Source of the DNA: Spirochaetia bacterium
GTDB lineage: Bacteria > Spirochaetota > Spirochaetia > SP-2023
Direction of reading: 5' to 3'
DNA: 64,000 nt
NCBI GenBank assembly: GCA_965225855.1
Contig: CBDDCK010000005.1
Location: 576,001 to 640,000, forward strand
Part shown: one piece after another, positions 1-10,588 of the stretch
Layout of the letters: every line of letters starts with the position of its first letter
Numbering within the stretch: position 1 is the first letter of the stretch
Position numbers and translations under genes: made by a program
The notes under the pieces: generated by a model
Databases searched by the model: none
Told to the model about the DNA's origin: nothing
Seen by the model: the letters and a program-made list of their open reading frames with translations, nothing else

Positions 1-2548
1 CATTTTTGGCGGCAGCCAGCATATCTTCTTTACTAATATCGGCTGGCAACAAAGCTTTACCGCGCAATTTGCCGTTGACCTGAAATACAATTTCTTTTTC
101 GTCCGCTTGGCACAAAGCCTCATTCCAACTAGGCCAACTTTCATAAGCTAGCGACTGCCCCTTACCGACAATACCTTGCCACAATTCTTCAGCCAAATGC
201 GGGGCATAGGGGCTAAGTAGTAAAACAAAAGGCCGCCACAACTCCAACGGGCAGAAATCGAGAGTGGCCAAACTATTACTGAAAATCATCATCTGGGCAA
301 TAGCGGTATTAAATTCCAAATTTTGTGTATCTTGGGATACTTTTTTTACCGTTTGGTGCAGCAACCGAAATAGTTCTTTCGCCTGCGCTTCCCCCAATAA
401 TTCGGGCAAGAGTTCTGTGCGCAAAGGTTTCTGCCCGATATTCCACATGCGGTTCAAAAAACGATGAATACCAGCTAAACCACCGGTAGCCCAAGTCTTC
501 ACCATCTGCAGTGGGCCCATAAACATTTCGTATAGTCGTAGGGTATCCGCCCCGTATTCGGCAATTACATCATCTGGATTGATGACATTGCCCCGACTCT
601 TCGACATTTTTTCGGCCTGAACCCGAACTTTAATGGAAGGTTGTTCCTTCAATACAAAGTCATTGCCTTTTTTAGTTACTTGCGATTCACTTAGTTTTAC
701 AGCTTCTACAAATTCATTCAAATTATTTTCTAAATCTTCACGACTCAACCATTGCCCTGCTTTAGGCCCACTATTAGCTCCATTTAGGTAGCGATACGCT
801 GTAAACTCCATTTCTCCCAGTATCATGCCTTGGTTGACTAAGCGAGAAAACGGTTCTTTATTGTGCACCAAACCTAAATCATAAAGCACTTTGTGCCAGA
901 AACGAGCATACAATAAATGCAACACAGCGTGTTCTGCACCACCTACATATAAATCAACCGGCATCCAATATTTTTCCGCTTCTGGACTGACAAAGTTTTG
1001 CTTATCTTTGGGACTAAGATAGCGCAAGTAATACCAGCACGAACCAGCCCATTGTGGCATTGTATTGGTTTCGCGGCGTGCGGGTGCACTACATTTAGGG
1101 CAAATACAAGCTACCCATTCTTCAATGGCTGCCAATGGCGAATCACCGCTAGCAGTAGGTTGGTAACTTTCCACTTGAGGAAGACGCAAGGGCAATTCTT
1201 GTTCTGGTAGCAGAACAATACCGCAAGCAGAACAATGGACTATCGGAATTGGTTCACCCCAATAGCGTTGGCGGCTAAACAGCCAATCACGAAGTTTATA
1301 TTGTACGCTGCGTTCACCTAAACCTTTTTTTTCCAATAACTCAATGGCTTTAGCAATGGCATCTTCTTTGTTTAAACCGTTGAGCAAATCTGAATTAATA
1401 TGCTTGCCATCATTAGTAAAAGCTTCCTTGGCAATATTACCACCTTGCAATACTTCAACGATGGGCAGACGAAATTTTTTAGCAAATTCCCAGTCGCGCT
1501 GGTCATGAGCGGGCACCGCCATTATGGCCCCTGTACCGTAAGAAACTAAAACATAGTCGGCAATCCAAATCGGGATTTCTTTACCCGTCAGCGGGTTAAT
1601 GGCATATGAACCGCTGAAAACTCCTGTTTTGTCTTTGCTTAAATCGGTACGCTCCAAATCCGATTTATGGGCAACGGCTGTAAGATATATTTCTACATTC
1701 AGCTTTTGTTGTTCGCTAGTAAGTTCTTTGATCAGAGGATGTTCTGGAGCTAACACCATATAAGTAGCCCCATAAAGGGTATCCGGACGAGTGGTAAAAA
1801 CACGGATACTTTCTTGCTTTCTGTCTATACCTGCTAGGGGAAATTTAACGGTAGCACCTTCACTGCGGCCTATCCAATTTTCTTGCATAACCTTGACCGA
1901 ATTGGGCCAATCCAGCAACTCTAAATCATCGAGTAATTGCTGAGCATAAGCAGTAATTTTTAAAACCCACTGGCGTAAATTCCGCCGTTCTACTGGGCTA
2001 GCGCAGCGCTCACAGCAACCATTATCGACTTCTTCATTCGCTAGCCCCGTTTTACAGGAGACACACCAATTGATCGGGGCCTGGGTTTCGTAAGCTAAAC
2101 CCTTGTTGAACAACTGGATAAAAATCCACTGCGTCCATTTATAATAATCAGGTTCACTGGTAATTACTTCACGGCTCCAATCATAACTTAACCCCAAAGC
2201 ATAAATTTGTTCGTAAAACCGCTTGATATTTTGCTCTGTCGTAATTTGCGGGTGCGTACCCGTTTGGATTGCATAATTTTCCGCAGGCAGTCCAAAAGAA
2301 TCAAAACCCATAGGGTGCATCACGTTGTAGCCGTTCATGCGCAAATAACGCGAATAAATATCTGTGGCAGTGTAACCTTCCGGATGGCCTACATGTAAAC
2401 CACTACCTGAAGGATAAGGAAACATATCTAGCACATAACAACGTTTTTCGGGGGGATACTGTTGGTCTTCCGTAACTTCAAAAGTTTTATTTTCCTGCCA
2501 ATACTTTTGCCAACGCGGTTCTATTTCATGAAAGGGATAACGAGCCAT
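1..2548 (-). CDS. leuS: Leucyl-tRNA synthetase (3' end runs off window; absent from ORF track)
   Basis: Manual minus-strand translation from ATG 2548: [23 protein letters not shown]..., [16 protein letters not shown] (HIGH motif), KMSKSRGN near 590-610, C-terminal FQVNGKLRG. Confidence 0.97.
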   Translation of the reverse strand, partial: MARYPFHEIEPRWQKYWQENKTFEVTEDQQYPPEKRCYVLDMFPYPSGSGLHVGHPEGYTATDIYSRYLRMNGYNVMHPMGFDSFGLPAENYAIQTGTHPQITTEQNIKRFYEQIYALGLSYDWSREVITSEPDYYKWTQWIFIQLFNKGLAYETQAPINWCVSCKTGLANEEVDNGCCERCASPVERRNLRQWVLKITAYAQQLLDDLELLDWPNSVKVMQENWIGRSEGATVKFPLAGIDRKQESIRVFTTRPDTLYGATYMVLAPEHPLIKELTSEQQKLNVEIYLTAVAHKSDLERTDLSKDKTGVFSGSYAINPLTGKEIPIWIADYVLVSYGTGAIMAVPAHDQRDWEFAKKFRLPIVEVLQGGNIAKEAFTNDGKHINSDLLNGLNKEDAIAKAIELLEKKGLGERSVQYKLRDWLFSRQRYWGEPIPIVHCSACGIVLLPEQELPLRLPQVESYQPTASGDSPLAAIEEWVACICPKCSAPARRETNTMPQWAGSCWYYLRYLSPKDKQNFVSPEAEKYWMPVDLYVGGAEHAVLHLLYARFWHKVLYDLGLVHNKEPFSRLVNQGMILGEMEFTAYRYLNGANSGPKAGQWLSREDLENNLNEFVEAVKLSESQVTKKGNDFVLKEQPSIKVRVQAEKMSKSRGNVINPDDVIAEYGADTLRLYEMFMGPLQMVKTWATGGLAGIHRFLNRMWNIGQKPLRTELLPELLGEAQAKELFRLLHQTVKKVSQDTQNLEFNTAIAQMMIFSNSLATLDFCPLELWRPFVLLLSPYAPHLAEELWQGIVGKGQSLAYESWPSWNEALCQADEKEIVFQVNGKLRGKALLPADISKEDMLAAAKN

Positions 2549-2636
2549 AATTGATTCTTTTGCCTCAAATTATTTTTATGTTTAAGCAGGGTATTATATT
2601 GACTGTTTACCAAAATGCCAACATGTTGAAAATAAT

Positions 2637-3746
2637 TCATGTTTCCAGATGCCCATTTTCAATTGCGCAAACAGTGATTTGGTTATGCCCCATTTGCCAG
2701 CGGCAGCCATGTGCTATCGTTTCTATAGGTTCTATACCAGAAGCTTTGATTGTTTTTTCCCATAGCTTTAGCAATTCCATAGTAAAGCCAAAAGGCAGCC
2801 GCCTGCGCCGTTGCTCACCGTGCCGCAATTGGTCAAACAACAAGAAAATCAATTCAATTTTTACTGGCTTAGGCAAACTGCCAAAATCACCAAGCCATTC
2901 TATTTGTAGTTGGTTTTCGGGATTAGTAGAAATTTCTAATTGAGTTTCTAGTAAATTGCATTGTTCTTGCAACCAATCTTCAAGCAATGCTAGATGCTTT
3001 TGGCTGCGCTGTATGCTCTGCAATAAATTGGGAACTAAACGTTTAAATTGAGGTAAAACTTGCCAACGGTAAAAATTGCGCAACGTTTCTTGTTGAAAAT
3101 TACTAGAGTCTTCCCAATGTGGAATTTGCCGAGCTTCCGCCCAAGATTGCAAATCTTGTCGGCTCCAAGCCAATAACGGCCGCCACAGTAACAAATTTTC
3201 TAGGCTTTGCTGCCACTCGCGCATACCGGCAAGGGCTTTTAAGCCGCTGCCCCGTCCCAGATTCATAAAAAAATTTTCGGTCTGATCGTCTGCATGATGA
3301 GCTAACACTATGGCTGACCATGTTTCATGATATTTTTGGAGTGCAATTCTTTGGCAATGTTGCAAACGGCGGTAGCGTTCTTGCCGAGCTAAATCTTCTA
3401 AACTCAAGCAACGCCGGGTTGCTTCCTGATGCAACCAACCTTTTTGAATATGATATGAATACAATTCTAACCCAAAACTTTGGCAATATTTAGGTAAAGC
3501 AATCGCTTCTGGTTGTTCAAAGCGGATACCGTGCTCTACATAACAAGGTAGCAATGGATTTTTTCGTGGGTCAATAACTTGACATAACAAGTCTAAAAGC
3601 ACACAAGAATCAAGTCCGCCAGAAATCCCGATAACAAGGGGGCCCGGCAGCAGTGAACGAGCTTTATCCTGTAATTGGGCAAACTTTACTTTTCTATTTT
3701 TGTTATCAAAAGAAATATTCTTTCTCATTAAAAGATACTTAGGCAT
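2637..3746 (-). CDS. tilS: tRNA(Ile)-lysidine synthetase
   Basis: SGGLDS PP-loop, AHHADDQTE, RPLL, EDSSN motifs; follows pth. Confidence 0.93.
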   Translation of the reverse strand: MPKYLLMRKNISFDNKNRKVKFAQLQDKARSLLPGPLVIGISGGLDSCVLLDLLCQVIDPRKNPLLPCYVEHGIRFEQPEAIALPKYCQSFGLELYSYHIQKGWLHQEATRRCLSLEDLARQERYRRLQHCQRIALQKYHETWSAIVLAHHADDQTENFFMNLGRGSGLKALAGMREWQQSLENLLLWRPLLAWSRQDLQSWAEARQIPHWEDSSNFQQETLRNFYRWQVLPQFKRLVPNLLQSIQRSQKHLALLEDWLQEQCNLLETQLEISTNPENQLQIEWLGDFGSLPKPVKIELIFLLFDQLRHGEQRRRRLPFGFTMELLKLWEKTIKASGIEPIETIAHGCRWQMGHNQITVCAIENGHLET

Positions 3747-3751
3747 AACTT

Positions 3752-4393
3752 TTAATCAGGCAAATTCAGTGGCAAGCTAGGCAGTGATTTGCGATTGATT
3801 TCTGCTACCAAATCTTGTGGTTGGACGCCACGCAAAATTTCAGTTAAAGCCCATTTGGCTCGTTCCAAAGATGCTGTATATGGTTTACTATCGGCTTTCC
3901 GCGGTTTGCACAATACATAATGGCTAACTTGTTCAGAGCTGCTCGGGTGTCCTATACCAATAAAAAAACGCCAAAAATTAGCCTGTAGTCCACAATCACA
4001 CAAAGAGCGAAGACCGTTATGGCTGGAAAAGCCCCCACCGAATTTCAAGCGCAACCTACCGGGCGTTAAATCTAAATTATCTAATAAGACAATGCATTGT
4101 TCTGGTTTAAATTGATAACGCTTGCGCAATTTAACTAAGACTTGCCCGCTAAGGTTCATATAAGTTTGCGGTTTTACTAACAAAACATTACACTTCACGC
4201 TTCGAAGTTCGGCAAACAACATTTTATTAGCAGAATGCCACGATTGGCATTGTTCTTTTAACAAAAGGTCTAATACATCAAACCCCGCATTGTGCAGGCT
4301 ACCTTCATATTTTTTGCCCGGATTCCCCAAACCAATAACTAAATTGTCTAATATCATCAAAGGGCTATATAAAGACAAAGCTTTATAATTCAA
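3752..4393 (-). CDS. pth: Peptidyl-tRNA hydrolase
   Basis: GLGNPGKKY, HNAGF, KPQTYMNLSG, HNGLRS motifs. Confidence 0.95.
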   Translation of the reverse strand: MNYKALSLYSPLMILDNLVIGLGNPGKKYEGSLHNAGFDVLDLLLKEQCQSWHSANKMLFAELRSVKCNVLLVKPQTYMNLSGQVLVKLRKRYQFKPEQCIVLLDNLDLTPGRLRLKFGGGFSSHNGLRSLCDCGLQANFWRFFIGIGHPSSSEQVSHYVLCKPRKADSKPYTASLERAKWALTEILRGVQPQDLVAEINRKSLPSLPLNLPD

Positions 4394-4432
4394 AACTAGG
4401 ATTTCAAAGAAAATATGAAACCGATCACTTGC

Positions 4433-5005
4433 CTAGGAATCCAAAGCCTCTACAGCAGCTAATCCACGAGGGATTGAGATATGCGCTACAATCTGTTCCA
4501 TTGAGCTTAAAATACGAATAGCAGGATCATGCTCTAAAGCACTCAATGCCATTGACTCACCCAATTTTAAATGCGCAATATCCATGTGAAATTCACTAGG
4601 CAAATCTTTTGGCAAACACTCCACTTCAATTGTTTCACACTGATGTTCTAGCATTCCGCCTTTCTTAACTCCAATGGGAACCCCATCGAGAATTAATGGA
4701 ACATGTGTCTTTAAGACATGGCCTTCCATAACTTCCAAAAAATCAATGTGAATAATCTGTTCTGTGAGAATATCAGATTGGAAATCTTTTACCAAAACAT
4801 TGATAGCTCTATCACCAACTTGAAGATTGATAATCGAATTTTCTGAAATATGTCCGTGGAATTCATGGTAAAATTGACTAGCATTGACGGCAACATGAAT
4901 GACTTCTCTTCCATAGACAACCGAAGGGATCAAACCTTTTTTACGCATACGATTACTTGCACTAGAACCAAATTCAGTGCGGGGTTGTACTTTTAACTCT
5001 TTCAT
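4433..5005 (-). CDS. rplY: 50S ribosomal protein L25 / general stress protein Ctc
   Basis: RMRKKGLIPSVVYG, HIDF, GVKKGG, CLPKDLP motifs; start moved to MKELKVQ (5005). Confidence 0.93.
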   Translation of the reverse strand: MKELKVQPRTEFGSSASNRMRKKGLIPSVVYGREVIHVAVNASQFYHEFHGHISENSIINLQVGDRAINVLVKDFQSDILTEQIIHIDFLEVMEGHVLKTHVPLILDGVPIGVKKGGMLEHQCETIEVECLPKDLPSEFHMDIAHLKLGESMALSALEHDPAIRILSSMEQIVAHISIPRGLAAVEALDS

Positions 5006-5144
5006 TTCTGTGCTCACAGGCAATTCTCCAACGGGCCCCTTTTGCTTTTTCTCTTGCTCTAAAACGCAAATATGCAAATATTATAAGCCACTGAATTTAT
5101 AAACATACACGCCTTTTAATATAGATATAGCCATGCACTACAAA

Positions 5145-5216
5145 CTTGGACGGCAGGATTCGAACCTGCGATGCTGGGATCAAAACCCAGAGGCTTAACC
5201 ACTTGCCGACGTCCAA
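5145..5216 (-). tRNA. tRNA-Gln (TTG)
   Basis: Reverse complement TTGGACG...CTGGG-TTTTGAT-CCCAG...GGTTCGAATCC...CGTCCAAG folds as a cloverleaf; anticodon TTG. Confidence 0.93.
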
Positions 5217-5221
5217 ATGTT

Positions 5222-6301
5222 TTAACCATTAGATAGCATAGGATTAGCGATAAACACATCTAAAGGATTAGCAAAATCTGCTAGCCTAGCAAATATCATA
5301 GATGAGCTTTTATCTTGCGGAAACCAAGCAAAGAATGCTGAACCACTGCCTGACAAAGCTACCCAAGAGGCAGAAAGACTATACAGATATTCCGATAAGA
5401 TGGCAAGTACTTTCCATGCTTCTGTTCTCTCTTTTTGAATTTTTTGGGATAAATTCCCTGCTTTGTTATAGTGCTGCCTGATTACAGATTGAAAATCATT
5501 ATAGAAGAGCTTGCTAATTGGGGCTTTATCTACCGAGAGCTTTTGTTCTAATTGCCGGTAATCAAATTCTATAGGCTGATTTGGTCTTGCATCTAGTATT
5601 TGATACATTTGCCGCGTATTACAAGCAATCGCCTGCGGTTTGATCAACCACAATTGGTGTTGGGCTTGGAATTGCTTTAAAGCAGTTATCAACTCCACAG
5701 AAGGTGCTACGATTTTTTCACCACGGCCTAAGCCCCAAGCAATACTGTCTGCAAAATGGCAAAAGTCTTGTAGGAAAAATGGTATATCCGTGCCTAAAGA
5801 TGCGGCTAATGCTTGCATGGCCGTTTGATCTAGGCGTAGATTCTGTTGGCCACAATAGTCTGGTAGGCATTGATTGAGCAATTTTAAGGTAGCAGCAGCA
5901 TTACTAGAACCACCACCAAGCCCAGCTTGTTGCGGTATAACTTTCTGTAGAGTGAAACAAATGGTTTGTGGCCAATCTATAGGGTTACAAACACTAGCTA
6001 TGGATTTTTGGCTAACTATATCAAGGTAGGCTTTTGCCGCCCGATAGACTAAGTTTTGTTGTTGTTTGCAAGGGGCTTGTGGTTGCACTTGCAATTGGAT
6101 TTGGATTGCACTGGCTTTGTCTACCGATTGAGAGCTCAAGTGTATTTGCAAACGATCATTGCTTGCTTGCAAATACACGGCTTGTATTAAGGTGCAAACT
6201 CGGTGAAACGTTTGCTGACCTTGGCTAAAGAGCCTGCCTACTTGCAGGTGTAAATTGATTTTGGCAGGGCAGTATAATTGTGCTTTCCGATAGTTTACCA
6301 C
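5222..6301 (-). CDS. ispE: 4-diphosphocytidyl-2-C-methyl-D-erythritol kinase
   Basis: PAKINLHL, KVIPQQAGLGGGSSNAA, LGTDIPFF, LSGSGSAFF (GHMP kinase motifs). Confidence 0.92.
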   Translation of the reverse strand: MVNYRKAQLYCPAKINLHLQVGRLFSQGQQTFHRVCTLIQAVYLQASNDRLQIHLSSQSVDKASAIQIQLQVQPQAPCKQQQNLVYRAAKAYLDIVSQKSIASVCNPIDWPQTICFTLQKVIPQQAGLGGGSSNAAATLKLLNQCLPDYCGQQNLRLDQTAMQALAASLGTDIPFFLQDFCHFADSIAWGLGRGEKIVAPSVELITALKQFQAQHQLWLIKPQAIACNTRQMYQILDARPNQPIEFDYRQLEQKLSVDKAPISKLFYNDFQSVIRQHYNKAGNLSQKIQKERTEAWKVLAILSEYLYSLSASWVALSGSGSAFFAWFPQDKSSSMIFARLADFANPLDVFIANPMLSNG

Positions 6302-6364
6302 CGATAGTTTACCGCAGAGAATCGATTGGCCATAGCCTAGCTATAGCCTAACTAGCTAAAGCTT

Positions 6365-7381
6365 TTAGGGTAGGTTCTTTTGCCTTGCTGCCAATAGCAA
6401 TTGGTACCATTCTGGTTTGGTCAATTCAATATCGCAAGCTTTGCAGTAGTCGGCAAGGCGTTCAGGCTTGGTTGTCCCCAATATGGGTTGGATACCCGCA
6501 GGGTGGTGCAGTAACCATGCAATAGCTATTACGCCTGGGCTACAATCCTTAGCTTGGGAAAATTGTTCTAACACCTCTTGCAAGTGGGTTTTGGCTTTGC
6601 TTGCATGGCTAGAATAAAATATTTTACCGCGTGATACAGGAGCCCAAGCTTGCAAACGAATATTGTTGAGCCGGCAATAGTCTACTGTGTCAAAATACCA
6701 AGCAATAGGATTTTTAGTGTTGAACTCTAGGCCCGCACTTAGCAATTCATGGTGCATTAAACTCATTTCTATCTGGTTGTAGGCAAGCTGAAACGGTAGC
6801 CCACTTTGCAATAAAGCTATTTGCCCGCTACTTTGGTTGCTGACGCCAAAGGCAAGCACTTTGCCTTGCTGCTGCAACTTGGTAAAAGCTTCGGCTATTT
6901 CTATTGGGATAAATAGGGCATCGGGGCGGTGCAATAGCAATACGTCTAAGTAGTCTGTTTGCAAACGGCGCAAACTGCCTTCCACTTGGGAGACAATATG
7001 ATCACCTGAAAAATTATAGTAGGCAGATTCTACTGGGTTGTTGGGCAGGATAATACCGCATTTACTTTGCAGTACATATTGCTCACGAGGGACTTTCATT
7101 TGCTTGATGGCTTGGGCAAATATCTCTTCGCACTTGCCACGGCCGTAAATATCGGCATGGTCAAAGAAAGTAATACCATGTTCTAAGCAGCATTCAATAA
7201 TATTTATCGTTAGCTCTATTCGTTCTTTGGCTTTACTTGGTGCCATTTCGGCAAGGCTGCCTTTATCCCAAGTGCCGGCTAAGTCCATACAGCCGCAAAT
7301 AAGTGCACTGACGCTGCGGCTTTCGCTAAGGTTATAAGACTGTCTATCTAAATATTCGGGGTGTCCAAAGTAATAGTTCAT
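6365..7381 (-). CDS. Aldo/keto reductase (YdhF/YcsN-like)
   Basis: FDHADIYG, LQSKCG, SLRRLQTDYLDVLLLHRPD, GVSN, PILGTT. Confidence 0.92.
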   Translation of the reverse strand: MNYYFGHPEYLDRQSYNLSESRSVSALICGCMDLAGTWDKGSLAEMAPSKAKERIELTINIIECCLEHGITFFDHADIYGRGKCEEIFAQAIKQMKVPREQYVLQSKCGIILPNNPVESAYYNFSGDHIVSQVEGSLRRLQTDYLDVLLLHRPDALFIPIEIAEAFTKLQQQGKVLAFGVSNQSSGQIALLQSGLPFQLAYNQIEMSLMHHELLSAGLEFNTKNPIAWYFDTVDYCRLNNIRLQAWAPVSRGKIFYSSHASKAKTHLQEVLEQFSQAKDCSPGVIAIAWLLHHPAGIQPILGTTKPERLADYCKACDIELTKPEWYQLLLAARQKNLP

Positions 7382-7550
7382 ATTTTATCCTTCCTTTTAT
7401 CAATGATAATGAGAGACCGTAAAGGGCCATCAAGCTATATTATCGGCAGTATAATTGTTTTAATGATATTTAGTCTAGTTCGTCTAGCTGAAATTACAAA
7501 AATATTTGCTGCCAATTTTGGCAATCGTTGCCAAGCCCCCACCCCAAACC

Positions 7551-7955
7551 AACAAACCCGATCGACACTGTATGGCCAAAGTTGTTTGCGCAAAGCGCTT
7601 TCGGTATATACCCAGAAGAGCCCCAGCTAAATACGGGAAGAGCCCCAGTTAAATAAAGAGAAGCCCATATAGCCCAAGCTAAAGTACCCTAACACACAAA
7701 AACTTACAAAAAGTTTATATGGGCCTTGACTCTCCTCCCCCCTAACACAATAGGGCTCTATGCACTAGCCCGTATGGCTTGGCCAATCTTTATCCCTTGT
7801 TGGAGGTATTGCTGTATAAGCTCAAACTACTTTTATTGCCAGTAGCCTGGCTACTGGCCTTTATGGCCTTGGCCTGCACCCCACCCGATGACGATGCGCC
7901 GTCTTCTGGGCCGTATGGTCCGTCTGGTCCGACTATTAATAAGGCCATCTACAAT
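7551..7955 (+). pseudogene. Start-less 5' stub (upstream region + signal peptide + first residues) of the modular lipoprotein family
   Basis: 7551-7955 aligns with 8121-8503. After GGAGG it reads gctgtataag where the full gene reads gcttatgaataag (ATG lost). Homology stops at ...AAGGCCATCTACAAT. Confidence 0.8.
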
Positions 7956-8112
7956 ATATTATAGCAAGTTGGAGCAAGGTATTGATCCAAGGCGGAACGC
8001 TATATTATAGCAAGTTGGAGCAAGGTATTGATCCAAGGCGGAACGCTATATTATAGCAAGTTGGAGCAAGGCATTGATCCAAGGCGGAAAGTTATATTGT
8101 AGCAAGTTGGAG
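7955..8112. repeat. 46-bp tandem repeat, ~3.4 copies
   Basis: TATATTATAGCAAGTTGGAGCAAGGTATTGATCCAAGGCGGAACGC units start at 7955, 8001, 8047 and 8093 (partial, degenerate). Confidence 0.95.
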
Positions 8113-8365
8113 TAAAAAGCAACAAACCCGATCAACACTGTATTGTCAAAATTCTTTGCGTGAAGAGCCGCAACTATATAGTGATAAGAGCCCCAGCTAA
8201 ATAAAGAGAAGCCCATATAGCCCAAGCTAAAGTACCCCTAACACAAAAAAAGCTCACAAAAAGCTTGTATAGGCCTTGACGCAACACCCCCCCTAGCAAA
8301 ATAGGGATTTACAGACTAGCCCGTATGGGTTGGCTAATCTTTATCCATTGTTGGAGGTATTGCTT

Positions 8366-10435
8366 ATGAATAAGCACAAACTACTTTTATGGCCTGTAGC
8401 ATTGCTACTGGCCTTTATGGCCTTGGCCTGCGCCCCACCCGATGACGATGCGCCATCTTCTGCGCCGTCTTCTGGGCCGACTATCAATAAGGCCATCTAC
8501 AATGTTGGCACGGCACTGTTAACCTTGCAAGGTTCTAACTTAAGTCCTACAACTGCGACCCAAGAGCAAATCCAAACTATCACGGTAGGAAGCCGAACAA
8601 ATGGCCTAGCCTTCAGTTCCTATACTGCAGATGACCCAGCTACTGGTGAAGATAGTAGCGATCTTGCAAAAGGTAAGTACCGTATTGCAAACGATGGCAC
8701 AGCGCTTTGGCTGAAACTTACCGATCAACATAAAGATGCTCTGAATGGCAAGGTGGGTAGCAATGGTCTAAAAAAAGGGTTGCTTAGCGTTGGCACTGGT
8801 GCTTGGACGGGTTTAAATACAGCCAAAGACTTGGTCGTTAAGTATATACCCGAACAAGCTGAACAAGCCGAACAAGCTGAACAAGCCGAACAAGCTGAAC
8901 AAGCCGAACAAGCTGAACAAGCCGAACAAGCTGAACAAGCCGAACAAGCTGAACAAGCCGAACAAGCTGAACAAGCCGAACAAGCTGAACAAGCCGAACA
9001 AGCTGAACAAGCCGAACAAGCTGAACAAGCCGAACAAGCTGAACAAGCCGAACAAGCTGAACAAGCCGAACAAGCTGAACAAGCCGAACAAGCTGAACAA
9101 GCCGAACAAGCTGAACAAGCCGAACAAGCTGAACAAGCCGAACAAGCTGAACAAGCCGAACAAGCTGAACAAGCCGAACAAGCTGAACAAGCCGAACAAG
9201 CTGAACAAGTCGAAGAGCAGTCGCCTAAGCAACCTCCTAAGCAACCTCCTAAGCAACCTAAAGACGAACAAGCTGAACAAGCTGAACAAGCCGAACAAGT
9301 CGAAGAGCAGTCGCCTAAAGCTGCAATTACCCGTGCAAGCTACCATGTTGGCACGGCGCTGTTAACCTTGCAAGGTTCTAACTTAAGTGCTACAACTGCG
9401 ACCCAAGCCCAAATCCAAACCATTACGGTAGATGGCTTAGCCTTAAGTTCCTATACTGCAGATGGCACAGCTACTGGGCCAGATAGTCGTGGTCTTCCAA
9501 AAGGTAAGTACCGCATTAAAAGCGATGGCACAGCACTTTGGCTGAAACTTACCGATCGACATAAAGCTACTCTTCAGGCTAAGACAGGTATGGATAGCAA
9601 TAGTCTAAAAGATGGGTTGCTCAGCGTTGGCACTGGTGCTTGGGCGGGTTTAGATACAGCCAAAGCCTTGGCCGTTAGTGGAAACCCACCCGCAATTACC
9701 AGTGCAAGCTACAATATTGCTACAGGCGTGGGCGTGTTAGTGATTACAGGTACTAATTTACCAAAAGCAGTTACAGGCTGGGACTTCACCAAATTGAGGT
9801 TTGTCGCAGGTAATGGTCGTACTAAGAGTCAACCATTAATACCGCACAAACCAAATTCAAATATAAACTTTGCCATAGGTTCTGCAGCAAGTGCAACAAG
9901 CTTAACGATTACTTTAAAGGGTACTGAAAAAACCAAAGTCGAGGCTATACTGGTTAAGAATGGTCAAAGTGATGATGCTGGTGCATACAACCTGGAAGCA
10001 GCAGCAGGATTTGCCGGTGGTAGCGCAGCAGACACAAGCAATAACCCGATTACCGTTAGTGGGTATGTAAGCTATATCACCAACGCATTCTACAATTCAC
10101 GTACAGGCGTGTTAAGTATTAGTGGTCAAAGTTTACCGGACTCAGTTGAAGACTGGGACTTTAGCAAATTGAGGTTTGTCGCAGGTGATGGTACTAAGAG
10201 TCTCCCATTAAAAAAGCACGCCACCGCAGGTGCAGACAAAGCCACAGGTTCTGGTGCAAGTAGAACAAGCTTAACGATTACTTTAGCCGGTACTGAAAAA
10301 GCCAAAGCCGATGCTATACTTGATACGGTTGGTCTTCAAGATGCTGATGGTTATTACAACCTGGAAGCAGCAGCAGGATTTGTAACTGGTAGTCCAGCAG
10401 ACACAAGCGATAACATTATTTTTGTTCGTAATTAG
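8366..10435 (+). CDS. Modular surface lipoprotein (A-[EQA]n-A-B-B), putative adhesin
   Basis: GGAGG RBS then ATG 8366; signal peptide ending FMALAC; two ~120-aa A modules and two ~125-aa B modules (YNLEAAAGF); paralog at 21115-22704. Confidence 0.85.
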   Translation: MNKHKLLLWPVALLLAFMALACAPPDDDAPSSAPSSGPTINKAIYNVGTALLTLQGSNLSPTTATQEQIQTITVGSRTNGLAFSSYTADDPATGEDSSDLAKGKYRIANDGTALWLKLTDQHKDALNGKVGSNGLKKGLLSVGTGAWTGLNTAKDLVVKYIPEQAEQAEQAEQAEQAEQAEQAEQAEQAEQAEQAEQAEQAEQAEQAEQAEQAEQAEQAEQAEQAEQAEQAEQAEQAEQAEQAEQAEQAEQAEQAEQAEQAEQAEQAEQAEQAEQAEQAEQVEEQSPKQPPKQPPKQPKDEQAEQAEQAEQVEEQSPKAAITRASYHVGTALLTLQGSNLSATTATQAQIQTITVDGLALSSYTADGTATGPDSRGLPKGKYRIKSDGTALWLKLTDRHKATLQAKTGMDSNSLKDGLLSVGTGAWAGLDTAKALAVSGNPPAITSASYNIATGVGVLVITGTNLPKAVTGWDFTKLRFVAGNGRTKSQPLIPHKPNSNINFAIGSAASATSLTITLKGTEKTKVEAILVKNGQSDDAGAYNLEAAAGFAGGSAADTSNNPITVSGYVSYITNAFYNSRTGVLSISGQSLPDSVEDWDFSKLRFVAGDGTKSLPLKKHATAGADKATGSGASRTSLTITLAGTEKAKADAILDTVGLQDADGYYNLEAAAGFVTGSPADTSDNIIFVRN
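8852..9202 (+). repeat. 39 x 9-bp coding repeat (EQA) with 18-bp higher-order unit
   Basis: GAACAAGCT/GAACAAGCC alternate without interruption over 351 bp. Confidence 0.97.
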
Positions 10436-10494
10436 TTTGACTGCGCTTGCCCAATAGCTTTTAGAGCATAGGCTAAGTGAAAGCTAGCGGGCAG

Positions 10495-10538
10495 GCCAAC
10501 CAAGTAAATGCTGTAAGCAATGCTTGGTTGGCTTTTTT
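10495..10538 (+). terminator. Putative intrinsic terminator after lipoprotein gene
   Basis: GCCAACCAAG...CTTGGTTGGC stem followed by TTTTTT; a related sequence (CCAACCAAGCATTGCTTAC) lies after the paralog at ~21081. Confidence 0.65.
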
Positions 10539-10588
10539 GTTGGGTCGTTGTTAGGTAAAGGCTTGGCAACCCTAGCAAATAGGCTAAC

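Noticed and set aside
264..2943. Short ORFs listed in 264-2943
   Set aside because: They are shadows of leuS and tilS on the minus strand.
7955..8112. CRISPR array
   Set aside because: Units are contiguous tandem copies with no unique spacers, and there are no cas genes in the window.
8813..9346. 177-aa antisense ORF (LFGLFS)n
   Set aside because: It is the stop-free reverse complement of the EQA repeat; no independent RBS or motif.
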